This document shows, in pieces, positions 29,400 to 38,599 of a stretch of DNA of 64,000 bases. The stretch is from NCBI GenBank assembly GCA_013387215.1, contig WARW01000022.1:238417-302416 (forward strand), read 5' to 3'. The notes below the pieces were generated by a model that was given only the letters and a program-made list of their open reading frames with translations, was not told where the DNA came from and made no database searches. This stretch comes from Patescibacteria group bacterium. Lineage in GTDB: Bacteria > Patescibacteriota > Microgenomatia > UBA12405. A program made the translations under genes and the position numbers. The stretch's first letter is position 1; each line of letters starts with the position of its first letter.

Positions 29400-31184
29400 T
29401 TAGACTTCGATAACTAATGGCAATACCATTGGCTGGCGGCCGGTTTTTTGATAGATTATATCTTCAATATGGGCCTGGACTTCTTCACGAATAAAGTCCA
29501 TGTTGGCTGGAGTGCTAGTAGATTCGTTGAACTTATTAGCAACTTCCTGTTTAAGGAAATTCATCAGTTCAGTGTTTTCTTTCATGAAAACGAAACCTCG
29601 GCTTAAGATAACTGGATCTTTAACTAGAGCACCTGACTCACGATTTATGAGCATGACCACAGAGAACATTCCATCTTCAGCTAATAATTTTCGATCGCGA
29701 AGAACGGTAGCACCAACATCACCGACTCCAAGACCATCAATTAAGACTTTACGAAGAGAAATGTGATAATTTGTGTCGTAGGTGCCGTTATTATAGAAAG
29801 TAGCCGTGCCATCATAATCAGGGAAAATCACCTGATCTTCGGCAAAACCAAGAGTTTTTGCCATGGTTTGGTAGCTTTTCAAATGGCGGAAGTTACCACC
29901 AATCGGCAAAAGGAATTTTGGCTGTAAAAGTTCAATCAAAAGAGCGTGCTCTTTTTGGTAGCCGTGACCAGAAACATGGAGCTCCTCTTTTTCGCCATAA
30001 ACAACTTCAGCGCCCATTTTGGATAAAATATCAATCATATTATTGATATTGGAAGTGGTGCCTGGAATGTAGTCTGGTGAAGAGAAGATCACTTTATCAC
30101 CCGATTTAACTTTGACCCGGTGCTTACCCATAACCATTTTGCTTAAAGCAGAATCTGGTTGTCCAGCAAAACCGGCAACTAAGAATAATAATTTATTATC
30201 TGGGAAGTTTTTGACACGTTCGATCGGAATAATGTCAGAATCATTGAGAGTTAAATATCCCAAATCTTTGGCAATACCGATAGCTCTGTCAACAGAAAAA
30301 CCAACAATAACAATTTTTCGGCCCACACTTTTACCGTAATCGATAGCTTGAGTCCAGCGAACAATGTTGCTGGAAATTGAAGTGACAAAAACCCGGCCTT
30401 TAGCAGAAACTATTTCTTTCTTGAAATTTTCAGCAATAGATCTTTCTGATGGCGAAAAACCTTCGTGATCAGAACCAAGACTGTCAGACATTAAAGCAAT
30501 AACATTTTTCTCGCCAACTCTGGCAATGTGTTGATAATCAACAGGTTTACCATCAAGCGGAAAAACGTCAAATTTAAAATCAGAACCATGGTAGAAAACA
30601 CCAAGCGGAGTGGTAATAGCAAAATGGAAAGTGTCAGGAATTGAGTGTGTGACTCGGACTGGATCAACAGTAAAGACGCCTTTGATTATCGGTTCAGCAC
30701 TATCATAAACATTTATTGAGGCTCTAATATTGGTTTCAGCAAGTTTTGCTTCAATAAAAGCAGCCGCAAGTTTTGGAGCGTAAACAGGGATATTAGTGCC
30801 CAGAATCGGCAAAATAAATCTGATGGCGCCAATGTGATCTTCGTGACCGTGAGTAATAAAAATACCCATAATTCGGTCTTTTTTATCTTGAAGATAATGA
30901 GTGTCTGGAATTTGAAGATCGACACCAAAAGCATCTTCTTCAGGAAAACCAACACCACAATCAACGATAATTATTTGACTTTTTGATTGATCGCCATTGG
31001 GGATGAACTCATAAACAAACATGTTTTGAGTAACATCGCCAAAACCTCCAAGAGAACTGATCCTGACTGCGTCACGACCGTTTTTAAACTCTCTGGGTTT
31101 ATTTTTCATATTAAAATTTTGTGGCATTACAGCGCCATCTACTGGTTTTTTCGTAGTATCTCTACGTTGATTTTTAATCATCAT
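29400..31184 (-). CDS. rnj: Ribonuclease J (metallo-beta-lactamase/beta-CASP)
   Basis: HGHEDHIG motif and beta-CASP and C-terminal domains in a 594-aa protein. Confidence 0.93.
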   Translation of the reverse strand: MMIKNQRRDTTKKPVDGAVMPQNFNMKNKPREFKNGRDAVRISSLGGFGDVTQNMFVYEFIPNGDQSKSQIIIVDCGVGFPEEDAFGVDLQIPDTHYLQDKKDRIMGIFITHGHEDHIGAIRFILPILGTNIPVYAPKLAAAFIEAKLAETNIRASINVYDSAEPIIKGVFTVDPVRVTHSIPDTFHFAITTPLGVFYHGSDFKFDVFPLDGKPVDYQHIARVGEKNVIALMSDSLGSDHEGFSPSERSIAENFKKEIVSAKGRVFVTSISSNIVRWTQAIDYGKSVGRKIVIVGFSVDRAIGIAKDLGYLTLNDSDIIPIERVKNFPDNKLLFLVAGFAGQPDSALSKMVMGKHRVKVKSGDKVIFSSPDYIPGTTSNINNMIDILSKMGAEVVYGEKEELHVSGHGYQKEHALLIELLQPKFLLPIGGNFRHLKSYQTMAKTLGFAEDQVIFPDYDGTATFYNNGTYDTNYHISLRKVLIDGLGVGDVGATVLRDRKLLAEDGMFSVVMLINRESGALVKDPVILSRGFVFMKENTELMNFLKQEVANKFNESTSTPANMDFIREEVQAHIEDIIYQKTGRQPMVLPLVIEV

Positions 31185-31443
31185 ATATATAAATTTTTAT
31201 AATTCCGAACAAGCTCACAACTCCCACAAAGTAATTATGTTGTATCGGAGAACTTTAAAGGTTATTTAATTTTACCCAAGAAATTAATAATTTGGGTAAG
31301 TATTTTGCATATAAGCAAATATCTTTTTTTGGTGAACGATTTTTCAATGCTACGTTGCGGTTAACTAGGTTAAATCGGACCGACTCAAATAAGGTCTAAA
31401 GTTTTGTTTTTGTAGTTTAACAAAAAGTCATTTAAATGGCAAA

Positions 31444-32079
31444 TTACTTGCGAATCAACTGACATTTGCCACTAGCATCTGGATATTTTCCTTGAATTAT
31501 ACATTCATACCCAGCAGGACAGGCTGCATTAGCTATACCACCGCACATTTTTGCGGCAACAGGAGTTGGAGTTGTAGTTAGTTTTGACTTAACTATAACT
31601 ATATAACTTTTAGCGTTTTCTTTTAGACCACTTGGGTTATCGGCTTCAAAAACCAAATACATTGGATTACTCTTGGCAGAATAATTAAGTACCGCTTTAA
31701 AATCAACTTTTCCACCTTGAGTCCATGAACCTGGAGTTACTTCTTTGGCAATGCTTTGGATAATTACCTTTCTATTGGAATCGAGAAGCTTAATATTGAA
31801 AGAGCCTTCAAACATCCAAGAACTGTCGATTTTACCAGTGACCGTTAACGGGCTGCTAATGACTGTGCCATCTTTTATATTCGAAACAATTGGAGCTGGA
31901 GACGGAGTTGGTGCACGAGTGACTTTTGGAGTGACAACAATATTATTTTGAGTTTCAACAACGATACCTTTTGAAATTTCATTGATGTAAACTTCAAACA
32001 GAATAAAAGTGAAAAATGCCGCCATAACTACGGCAAAAAACGTTGTGGAGAATTTTAAATTTTGTTCTTTTTGTGACAT
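31444..32079 (-). CDS. Secreted hypothetical protein with a Cys-rich C-terminus
   Basis: Signal/TM at the N-terminus; C-terminus CGGIANAACPAGYECIIQGKYPDASGKC. Confidence 0.5.
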   Translation of the reverse strand: MSQKEQNLKFSTTFFAVVMAAFFTFILFEVYINEISKGIVVETQNNIVVTPKVTRAPTPSPAPIVSNIKDGTVISSPLTVTGKIDSSWMFEGSFNIKLLDSNRKVIIQSIAKEVTPGSWTQGGKVDFKAVLNYSAKSNPMYLVFEADNPSGLKENAKSYIVIVKSKLTTTPTPVAAKMCGGIANAACPAGYECIIQGKYPDASGKCQLIRK

Positions 32080-32095
32080 ATATAATTAAATAATA

Positions 32096-33157
32096 TCACC
32101 ATTGAGGGATAAATTGTTTAACATTTGTTTCATCAATAATGACCTGTTTTGCTTTTCCATCTAGAATCATTTTGGCTGACTTTCGGCAAAGGCCTTCAAT
32201 GTTGCGCTGAAGAGTACGAACACCAGCATCGAAACCTAATGGACGAACGATTTGAGACCAAACATCGGGAGATATTTTTATTTCTTCATTGCTTAATCCA
32301 CAGTTAGAAATTGCTTTTGGCAAAATATAATCTCTGCCGATAACAATTTTTTCATCATCATTGTAGGAAGGCATTTGGATTACTTCCAAACGGTCCATCA
32401 CAGCGGTAGCAATCCGGGCAGTGTTGTTGCAGGTGGCACAGAAAAAGGCTTGAGACAAATCGATTGGATAATCAATATAATGATCAACAAAATGATTATT
32501 TTGTTCAGGGTCGAGAAGTTCAACAAGAACACCCATGATCGTGTTTAAAGCATCATCGGCAACACGGTCGATTTCATCCAAAAGAATAATCGGATTATTA
32601 CTTTTACAATTAACAAGGCCTTTGATGATTTGTCCTGGTTCGGCTTCAGGATAAATGCGGGAACGGCCTCTTAAATATAAAGGATCACCTAGACCTCCAA
32701 AAGGAATTCTTATTAATTGCCGACCCATAACTTCAGCAATCGATTTGGCCATAGTAGTTTTTCCAGTACCAACCAAGCCAACAAACAATAAAACTGGGGC
32801 ACGCATTGGCTTGTCGGGATTTCGGTTGTTTTGGAGAGCCAAAACGGAAATATATTCCAATAATCTTTCTTTGACACTATCCAAACCAAAATGATTGTCA
32901 TTTAATTTTTCTTGAGCATATTGCAGGTCTAAAATATCTTTGGTTTTGGTGAACCAGGGAATTTTAATTAGCCAGTCAATATAGTTGTTAGCGATTTGAT
33001 AATTTTGCCAAAAAGTTTGATCGTTATGGGAATTAATTGAGAGCTGAGAAAACATTTCTTTAACTTTTTCTTCCAGACCTTCGGGTATTTTTACAGCATC
33101 AATTTTAGCCTTAAGCTTTTCAATTGCCTCGTCTTTTGATAATAAAACTTTATCCAT
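32096..33157 (-). CDS. Lon-like AAA+ ATPase module with no LON N-terminal domain and no protease domain
   Basis: GLVGTGKTTMAKSIAEVMGRQLIRIPFGGLGDPLYLRGRSRIYPEAEPGQIIKG...NPIILLDEIDR...ELLDPEQNNHFVDHY...DAGVRTLQR tracks the Lon ATPase consensus block-for-block. The protein is only 353 aa and there is no Ser-Lys protease domain. Confidence 0.75.
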   Translation of the reverse strand: MDKVLLSKDEAIEKLKAKIDAVKIPEGLEEKVKEMFSQLSINSHNDQTFWQNYQIANNYIDWLIKIPWFTKTKDILDLQYAQEKLNDNHFGLDSVKERLLEYISVLALQNNRNPDKPMRAPVLLFVGLVGTGKTTMAKSIAEVMGRQLIRIPFGGLGDPLYLRGRSRIYPEAEPGQIIKGLVNCKSNNPIILLDEIDRVADDALNTIMGVLVELLDPEQNNHFVDHYIDYPIDLSQAFFCATCNNTARIATAVMDRLEVIQMPSYNDDEKIVIGRDYILPKAISNCGLSNEEIKISPDVWSQIVRPLGFDAGVRTLQRNIEGLCRKSAKMILDGKAKQVIIDETNVKQFIPQW

Positions 33158-33193
33158 GTAAAAAGTATAGATTATTTTGAGAGTAAAGTCAGT

Positions 33194-33514
33194 TCAAAGA
33201 TTAGGATTCTTTTTTTTCTGAAAGTCATGTTCAATTTTTTGAGCCACTGTAAAATCACGAGCGGTGACTTTTCCGCCAACGCTGAAACGAGTTAATTCAA
33301 AGCGAACTTTTTTGAAACTTATGAAAATATCAGGATGATGGTCAAGAGAATTACAAAAATCAACAAGACCGTCAATAAAATGGACAGCATCGGTAAAAGA
33401 AGCAAATTCAAACGTTTTGATAATTTTATTGGATTCGTATTTCCAGTCTGGAAAAGATTTTAATCGAGAAATGATTTCTGTTTCGGATAAGGGAATTAAA
33501 TCTTTATCTGCCAT
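33194..33514 (-). CDS. Pterin-4a-carbinolamine dehydratase (PCD/DCoH)
   Basis: 106 aa with PCD-family conservation (PDW, HHPD). Confidence 0.8.
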   Translation of the reverse strand: MADKDLIPLSETEIISRLKSFPDWKYESNKIIKTFEFASFTDAVHFIDGLVDFCNSLDHHPDIFISFKKVRFELTRFSVGGKVTARDFTVAQKIEHDFQKKKNPNL

Positions 33515-33516
33515 AA

Positions 33517-33828
33517 TTATTCTTTATATATATCGTCAATATAGCAATATTGCCAATCTTCACCAGGTTCGAATGATTTGATAACCGGATGATTGGTGGA
33601 ATGAAAATGCTTGGTGGCATGTTTATTTTTGGATTGGTCGCAGCAACCAACATGACCACAAGTTAAGCAGAGACGTAAATGGACCCAAGTATCACCCATC
33701 TTAAGGCATTCTTCACAGCCTTGAGTGTTGGCTTTAATATTATTATTGGCATTTTTAAGATGCTGGCAAAGTGTTATCATTTTTCTTTTTATAAAATTTA
33801 GGGAAGTATTTTGATGGCACTCATCCAA
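33517..33828 (-). CDS. UBP-type zinc-finger protein
   Basis: 103 aa with the zf-UBP signature WVHLRLCLTCGHVGCCD...HATKHF. Confidence 0.65.
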   Translation of the reverse strand: MDECHQNTSLNFIKRKMITLCQHLKNANNNIKANTQGCEECLKMGDTWVHLRLCLTCGHVGCCDQSKNKHATKHFHSTNHPVIKSFEPGEDWQYCYIDDIYKE

Positions 33829-34424
33829 TTTGTTTCAAGTTTTTCCTGAAGAGACATTTGGATTAGCTGCATTCCTTCCAGATATCTCGCTCTTTTTAGC
33901 GGTCCAACATAAAGACCACGCAATCCTCCATCCCTAGTTAACTTCACAATAGCATCGGCTGCAAGAGTATCATCTGATGCAATATAGATATCCAGCTTCT
34001 TTCCATCAACTTCCCCTGCAAGAAGCGGGCCAGCAAAGACAGTGTTAAATGCTTTTACAAGGTTTGCTCCAGGCGGCAAAAGTTTTTCTATTTCTTCTGC
34101 ACCAGAACTATCTGCTGGCGGAATAAAGTCAAATGTTTGGTAATTAAGAGGATTTGAAATGTCGACAATAATTTTTCCGGCAAGCTGATCTGAATATTTT
34201 TCTACCATTTCCAGAATTACTTGATATGGAAGTGCAAATATAACTACATCGCCAGTAATCGCATCTGTTAACTCCTGGGCTTGAACATCAGCACCAAGGC
34301 TCGAAGCTAATGCTTGAGCATTGCCTAAGTTTCGGTCATATATTGTTAAGGAATGGTTTCCTTTCGCAATTCTTGCGCCAATAGCATTAGCCATGTTTCC
34401 AGAACCAATTATAGATACATTCAT
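33798..34424 (-). CDS. NADP-dependent oxidoreductase of the F420-dependent NADP reductase (NpdG-like) Rossmann family
   Basis: MNVSIIGSGNMANAIG... GxGxxA dinucleotide fold, ~208 aa. Confidence 0.7.
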   Translation of the reverse strand: MNVSIIGSGNMANAIGARIAKGNHSLTIYDRNLGNAQALASSLGADVQAQELTDAITGDVVIFALPYQVILEMVEKYSDQLAGKIIVDISNPLNYQTFDFIPPADSSGAEEIEKLLPPGANLVKAFNTVFAGPLLAGEVDGKKLDIYIASDDTLAADAIVKLTRDGGLRGLYVGPLKRARYLEGMQLIQMSLQEKLETNWMSAIKILP

Positions 34425-34542
34425 AGCGTGAGATTACTCTTACATTATTAAAAAAATGTAAATAACAATACTAAATAATGTAAGTTTGAACGGTCAATTT
34501 TATAGTTCAATTAAAAAAGATTAGTTTTTTGGAAAACGAAAT

Positions 34543-34821
34543 CTATTTCACTAGTCCTCGAATAATTAAGTAAGGTACTAGAGTGATAATAAGTAATACA
34601 ACAAATAAAAATAACCCACCAAATACTGCAGTTAAACCCATTATTAGTGACTGAAAAATAAATACTAAAACAAAACCAATTAAATTACCGTTATGAGCGT
34701 TGATAAATAATTCCACAATCCACCTATAGAAAGCCCATATTCCTGCAAAAAACAATGATATATTCCATAAAATTCCATAATAAGAACCATGTTTTGAAAA
34801 GAAATTTTTAAGTTTATCCAT
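34543..34821 (-). CDS. Small integral membrane protein
   Basis: 92 aa with 2-3 TM helices. Confidence 0.4.
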   Translation of the reverse strand: MDKLKNFFSKHGSYYGILWNISLFFAGIWAFYRWIVELFINAHNGNLIGFVLVFIFQSLIMGLTAVFGGLFLFVVLLIITLVPYLIIRGLVK

Positions 34822-34828
34822 TTATAAA

Positions 34829-35062
34829 TTATTTATATAAGGATTTATAACCTTTCTTTCCTGTATAAGGATTGTAATTACCTTTAGTTGAGTAATTATC
34901 AATTCTAGTTTTATTTGGGCTGCTTCGATAATGTGGCATAACAACTCTGCCCGTACTCGGTTTATAGTAACTTCTTACACGAGTAATAGCTTCAGTTTTA
35001 TTATGAAAAGAAGTAAAGATAGTGATACTTAAAAAGGTTAAAAGAAAAATAAAATATTTCAT
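34829..35062 (-). CDS. Small secreted protein
   Basis: 77 aa with an N-terminal signal peptide. Confidence 0.35.
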   Translation of the reverse strand: MKYFIFLLTFLSITIFTSFHNKTEAITRVRSYYKPSTGRVVMPHYRSSPNKTRIDNYSTKGNYNPYTGKKGYKSLYK

Positions 35063-35151
35063 TGGCTGTATGTTACTCTACAAAAATGAACAGAAAATGA
35101 ATTCAAAAAATACCGGCACTTCTGCCGGTATTAAAATTCAAATAATTTTAT

Positions 35152-37368
35152 TTATCTTCGATTGTCGCGTCGGTCACGATCACCATATCTTGGAGGTCCG
35201 AATTTTCGGAATCCACCACTTTGTCGATTGTCACTGCCGAATTGGGCTCGGTTGCCATCGTCTTGACGAGGTTGACCAGGATGAGCAGCTTTAAATTCTG
35301 GAGAAGACAATTTAATTTGGTGATTGTCGTTAAATCCAGAAATCTGGACATTTAATTTATCGCCAACTTTAATGATGGATGATGGATCAGATAAGAAACC
35401 ACCAGACATTTCAGAAACATGGAGCAATGCTTCACGGCCTGGTAAGAATTCAACAAAAGCACCATAATTTTCAACACGGGTAACAACACCGTTGTATTGT
35501 TCGCCAATTTGAACTTCTTTAATCATGGATTCGATTTCGTAAGCAGCATCAGCAATCTTGATTTGATCTTGAGAGGAAATTGAAGCTTTACCTTCATCAT
35601 CAATATCGATTTGGACACCGTATTTTTCCATTAGGGCTTTGATGGTTTTACCACCGCTACCAATAACTTCACCAATTTTATCTTCAGGAAGTCTGACCAT
35701 TTTAATTTTTGGAGCAGTTGCAGAAAGCTCGGCTCTTGGTTCTGCCAAAGTTTCGGTCATTTTATCAAGGATTTGCAAACGAGCTTTGGTAGAAGCAGTA
35801 AAAGTATCGTGAATCATTGGAAGAGTTAAACCTTGTCTTTTGATATCTAATTGAATGGCAGTAATTCCATTTCTGGTCCCAGTGATTTTGAAATCCATGT
35901 CACCATTGTGGTCTTCGATGCCAGCAATATCGGTTAAAAGAAGATATTTGTCGTCACCTTCAGAGACCATACCAATGGAAATTCCAGCGACTTTGTCTTT
36001 GATTGGAACACCAGCATCCATAAGAGACATGGTGGAACCACAAGTAGAAGCCATTGAAGAAGAACCGTTTTGGGATAAAACTTCAGAGGTTAAAACGATG
36101 GTATATGGGAATTCATCTTCAGTTGGAATGACGGGAATTAAGGCTTTTTCAGCTAATGCACCGTGGCCAATTTCGCGTCGACCAGGTCTTCCGACTCTGC
36201 CTGTTTGACCAGTAGAGTATGGACCAGCAGAATAATAATGAAGATATCTTTTGGTGGTTTCACCACTGGAATCTTCAAGATATTGTTTTTCAGATAATGG
36301 AGCCAAAGTGGTAACAGTGATGGCTTGGGTTAAACCTCTTTGGAAAAGGGCTGAACCGTGAGTCATTGGCAAAACACCAGCTTCAATATTGAGTGGACGG
36401 ATTTCGTCAACAGCTCTTTTATCGTAACGGGTTCCAGCTAAAGTTTGAGCTCTAAAATATTTTTTTATAATCAAATCAACAGCTTGAACGACATGATTTT
36501 CAGAAACTTCTTCAGCTTTGATTTTATCTTCATAAAGTTTTTTAGCTTTATCAACGATAGCTTCTTGACCAGCCATGTGGGCACCATCTACACCCTCTTC
36601 TAAGAATTTATCAACATCAGATTTGATTTCTTTTTCAATTTCAGTAATTAATTCAGCTGAGGCACCAGCAGGTTCAAATGATTTCTTTGGTTTGCCGCAT
36701 TCTTTAGCAAATTCCATAAGTTGTTTGTTGACCTCATCGCCAGTTTCTTTAGCTAAATCAATACCTTTAATAGCAGTTTCGTTATCAACAATGTTAGCGT
36801 CACATTCGATCATGTTGACACCAGCAGCACCAGTACAAACCAAAAGATCCATTTGGGATTTGGTTAGTTCAATGGCAGTTGGATTAATAACTAATTGATT
36901 GTCAATATAACCAACTCGGACAGCTGAAACTGGAGAGTTGAAAGGAATATCGGAAATAGCGAGAGCTGCAGAAGCGCCTAAGAAAGCAGGAATAATAACG
37001 TCGTTTTCTTTATCATTACTGAGAACAGTAACTATAATTTGGACTTCGTTTAAGAAACCTTCTGGAAATAAAGGACGTAATGATCGGTCAATAATACGAC
37101 CGAAGAGAATAGAATTATCGGAAGGGTTGCCATCACGCTTAATCCATTTTCCACCTTTAACAATGCCGCCAGCATAAAGTTTATCGGCAAATTCAACAGA
37201 CAAAGGAAAATAATCCTTACTGTTATCAAGTTTGCCCATCATGACTGTAGCTAAAATAACGGTATTGCCGTATTGAGCCACGACAGAGGCATTGGTTTGA
37301 GGAGCAAGTTTTCCCGTAGAGAGTGTAACTTTTTTATCTCCAATTAAAATGTCTTTTTTATATTCCAT
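35152..37368 (-). CDS. pnp: Polyribonucleotide nucleotidyltransferase (PNPase) with an RG-rich C-terminal tail
   Basis: 738 aa with two RNase PH domains, a KH domain and an S1 domain. Confidence 0.95.
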   Translation of the reverse strand: MEYKKDILIGDKKVTLSTGKLAPQTNASVVAQYGNTVILATVMMGKLDNSKDYFPLSVEFADKLYAGGIVKGGKWIKRDGNPSDNSILFGRIIDRSLRPLFPEGFLNEVQIIVTVLSNDKENDVIIPAFLGASAALAISDIPFNSPVSAVRVGYIDNQLVINPTAIELTKSQMDLLVCTGAAGVNMIECDANIVDNETAIKGIDLAKETGDEVNKQLMEFAKECGKPKKSFEPAGASAELITEIEKEIKSDVDKFLEEGVDGAHMAGQEAIVDKAKKLYEDKIKAEEVSENHVVQAVDLIIKKYFRAQTLAGTRYDKRAVDEIRPLNIEAGVLPMTHGSALFQRGLTQAITVTTLAPLSEKQYLEDSSGETTKRYLHYYSAGPYSTGQTGRVGRPGRREIGHGALAEKALIPVIPTEDEFPYTIVLTSEVLSQNGSSSMASTCGSTMSLMDAGVPIKDKVAGISIGMVSEGDDKYLLLTDIAGIEDHNGDMDFKITGTRNGITAIQLDIKRQGLTLPMIHDTFTASTKARLQILDKMTETLAEPRAELSATAPKIKMVRLPEDKIGEVIGSGGKTIKALMEKYGVQIDIDDEGKASISSQDQIKIADAAYEIESMIKEVQIGEQYNGVVTRVENYGAFVEFLPGREALLHVSEMSGGFLSDPSSIIKVGDKLNVQISGFNDNHQIKLSSPEFKAAHPGQPRQDDGNRAQFGSDNRQSGGFRKFGPPRYGDRDRRDNRR

Positions 37369-37417
37369 ATGTTAATTATAGGTAATCCAAACTAAAGTAG
37401 AAAGAAGCTTTTAGGCT

Positions 37418-37687
37418 TTACTTTTTGAGACCGAGATCTTTGGTGACTTTGACGTATCTTTCTGGATTATGAAGTGAAAGGTATCGAAGTAATCTTCGTC
37501 TTTTAGCAATCTTGCTTAAAATTCCGCGCTTAGCAGGAGAATCGTGTTTATTTTCAGTTAAATGACCTTGGAGTTTTTCAACTTCTTTGGTTAAAATAGC
37601 AATTTGGATTTCTGGAGAACCAGTATCACCTTTTGCTTGAGCGTACTTAACAATAATATCTTGTTTTTCTTCTTTGGTTAATGCCAT
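37418..37687 (-). CDS. rpsO: 30S ribosomal protein S15
   Basis: 89 aa with S15 conservation, sitting upstream of pnp as in the classical arrangement. Confidence 0.93.
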   Translation of the reverse strand: MALTKEEKQDIIVKYAQAKGDTGSPEIQIAILTKEVEKLQGHLTENKHDSPAKRGILSKIAKRRRLLRYLSLHNPERYVKVTKDLGLKK

Positions 37688-37782
37688 AGAGATTTTGGCT
37701 ATTTATCGGTAAATTATAATGTGACAGAATGGCTCCCGTCAGACCGACATAATAGTTATGGGCCTATTATACCACAAAAAAG

Positions 37783-37810
37783 CCGGCAGGAAGCCGGCTT
37801 TTTTTTAGTT
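37783..37810. terminator. Bidirectional rho-independent terminator
   Basis: AAAAAAGCCGGCAGGAAGCCGGCTTTTTTTT: a perfect GC hairpin flanked by an A-run and a T-run. Confidence 0.7.
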
Positions 37811-37820
37811 TATTTTTAAA

Positions 37821-38558
37821 TTAAGCTGTTGGTAAAGTGGCAGCTTGTGGAGCTTGGTTAGCTTCTGGTTGAGTAGCTCTCAAACAAATAGCACCAGCTT
37901 CAAAAGTTTCAGGAGAAACATTGACTGAGAAAGATTGGGTGGCAACACGAAGACCAATTAAAAGATCTTTAGCTGAATCCATATCTAATTTCAAACCTAA
38001 CATAGGAAGCAAGAAGGTAAAAATTTCACTGAATGGTGCATCTTGGTCAATAATAGTAGCTTTAGCCCAAGATTTATTGATATCGGCTGGAGAAATGAAT
38101 ACCCAATTACCTTTATTGACCATGACAGCGTTTGGACCTAAAGAGGTTTCGTCACCTAACATGAAGCCAATGTCGGCAGAAGAAGGTTCGTTATTAATGA
38201 TAATTTGATTATTTTCAATTTTTGGAGCTTGGTCTTTGGTTTTAACAACCAAGTTCAAGTGACCACCGTCATCATTATAGGAAACTTGTTCGATTTGGTC
38301 TAAAGGATAGTTTAAAGAAACGACAAGATCATTTTGACTAAAAACGTCGGTAATTAAATCTAAACCACTAAGTTTGGAATAATTAGCATCAGGTTTTTGA
38401 GGACAATATACTTTAACGTTTAAATTGGATTTCTTTAAAAGTAAAGCTAAGCTTAAAGCTGCGCCAGCACTATCAACAGTAAGTTGAGGGACGGCAATAA
38501 TGGCAGATTTAGCATTTGCTAACAAATTTTTGATTTGATCTACTTTATAGTTTTTCAT
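37821..38558 (-). CDS. Hypothetical protein occupying the rbfA/truB slot of the nusA-infB-rpsO cluster. It may have a degenerate DHH-like fold.
   Basis: 245 aa. The N-terminus AIIAVPQLTVDSAGAALSLALLL loosely resembles the NrnA/DHH N-terminal block but lacks the DHH residues. Confidence 0.45.
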   Translation of the reverse strand: MKNYKVDQIKNLLANAKSAIIAVPQLTVDSAGAALSLALLLKKSNLNVKVYCPQKPDANYSKLSGLDLITDVFSQNDLVVSLNYPLDQIEQVSYNDDGGHLNLVVKTKDQAPKIENNQIIINNEPSSADIGFMLGDETSLGPNAVMVNKGNWVFISPADINKSWAKATIIDQDAPFSEIFTFLLPMLGLKLDMDSAKDLLIGLRVATQSFSVNVSPETFEAGAICLRATQPEANQAPQAATLPTA

Positions 38559-38599
38559 AGCCTGCTTTTACTATTATTTAGACTTTAATATGTATAAAA

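Noticed and set aside
31185-31443. Structured regulatory RNA in the 259-nt rnj upstream region
   Set aside because: It has only one short hairpin (TTACCCA...TGGGTAA, likely the terminator of the upstream gene) and a near-palindrome TCGGTCCGA. That is too weak to call.
37688-37782. ncRNA between rpsO and the bidirectional terminator
   Set aside because: It is about 95 nt, moderately GC, and contains a plausible rpsO promoter (TATAAT at about 37723-37728 on the minus strand). There is no convincing secondary structure.
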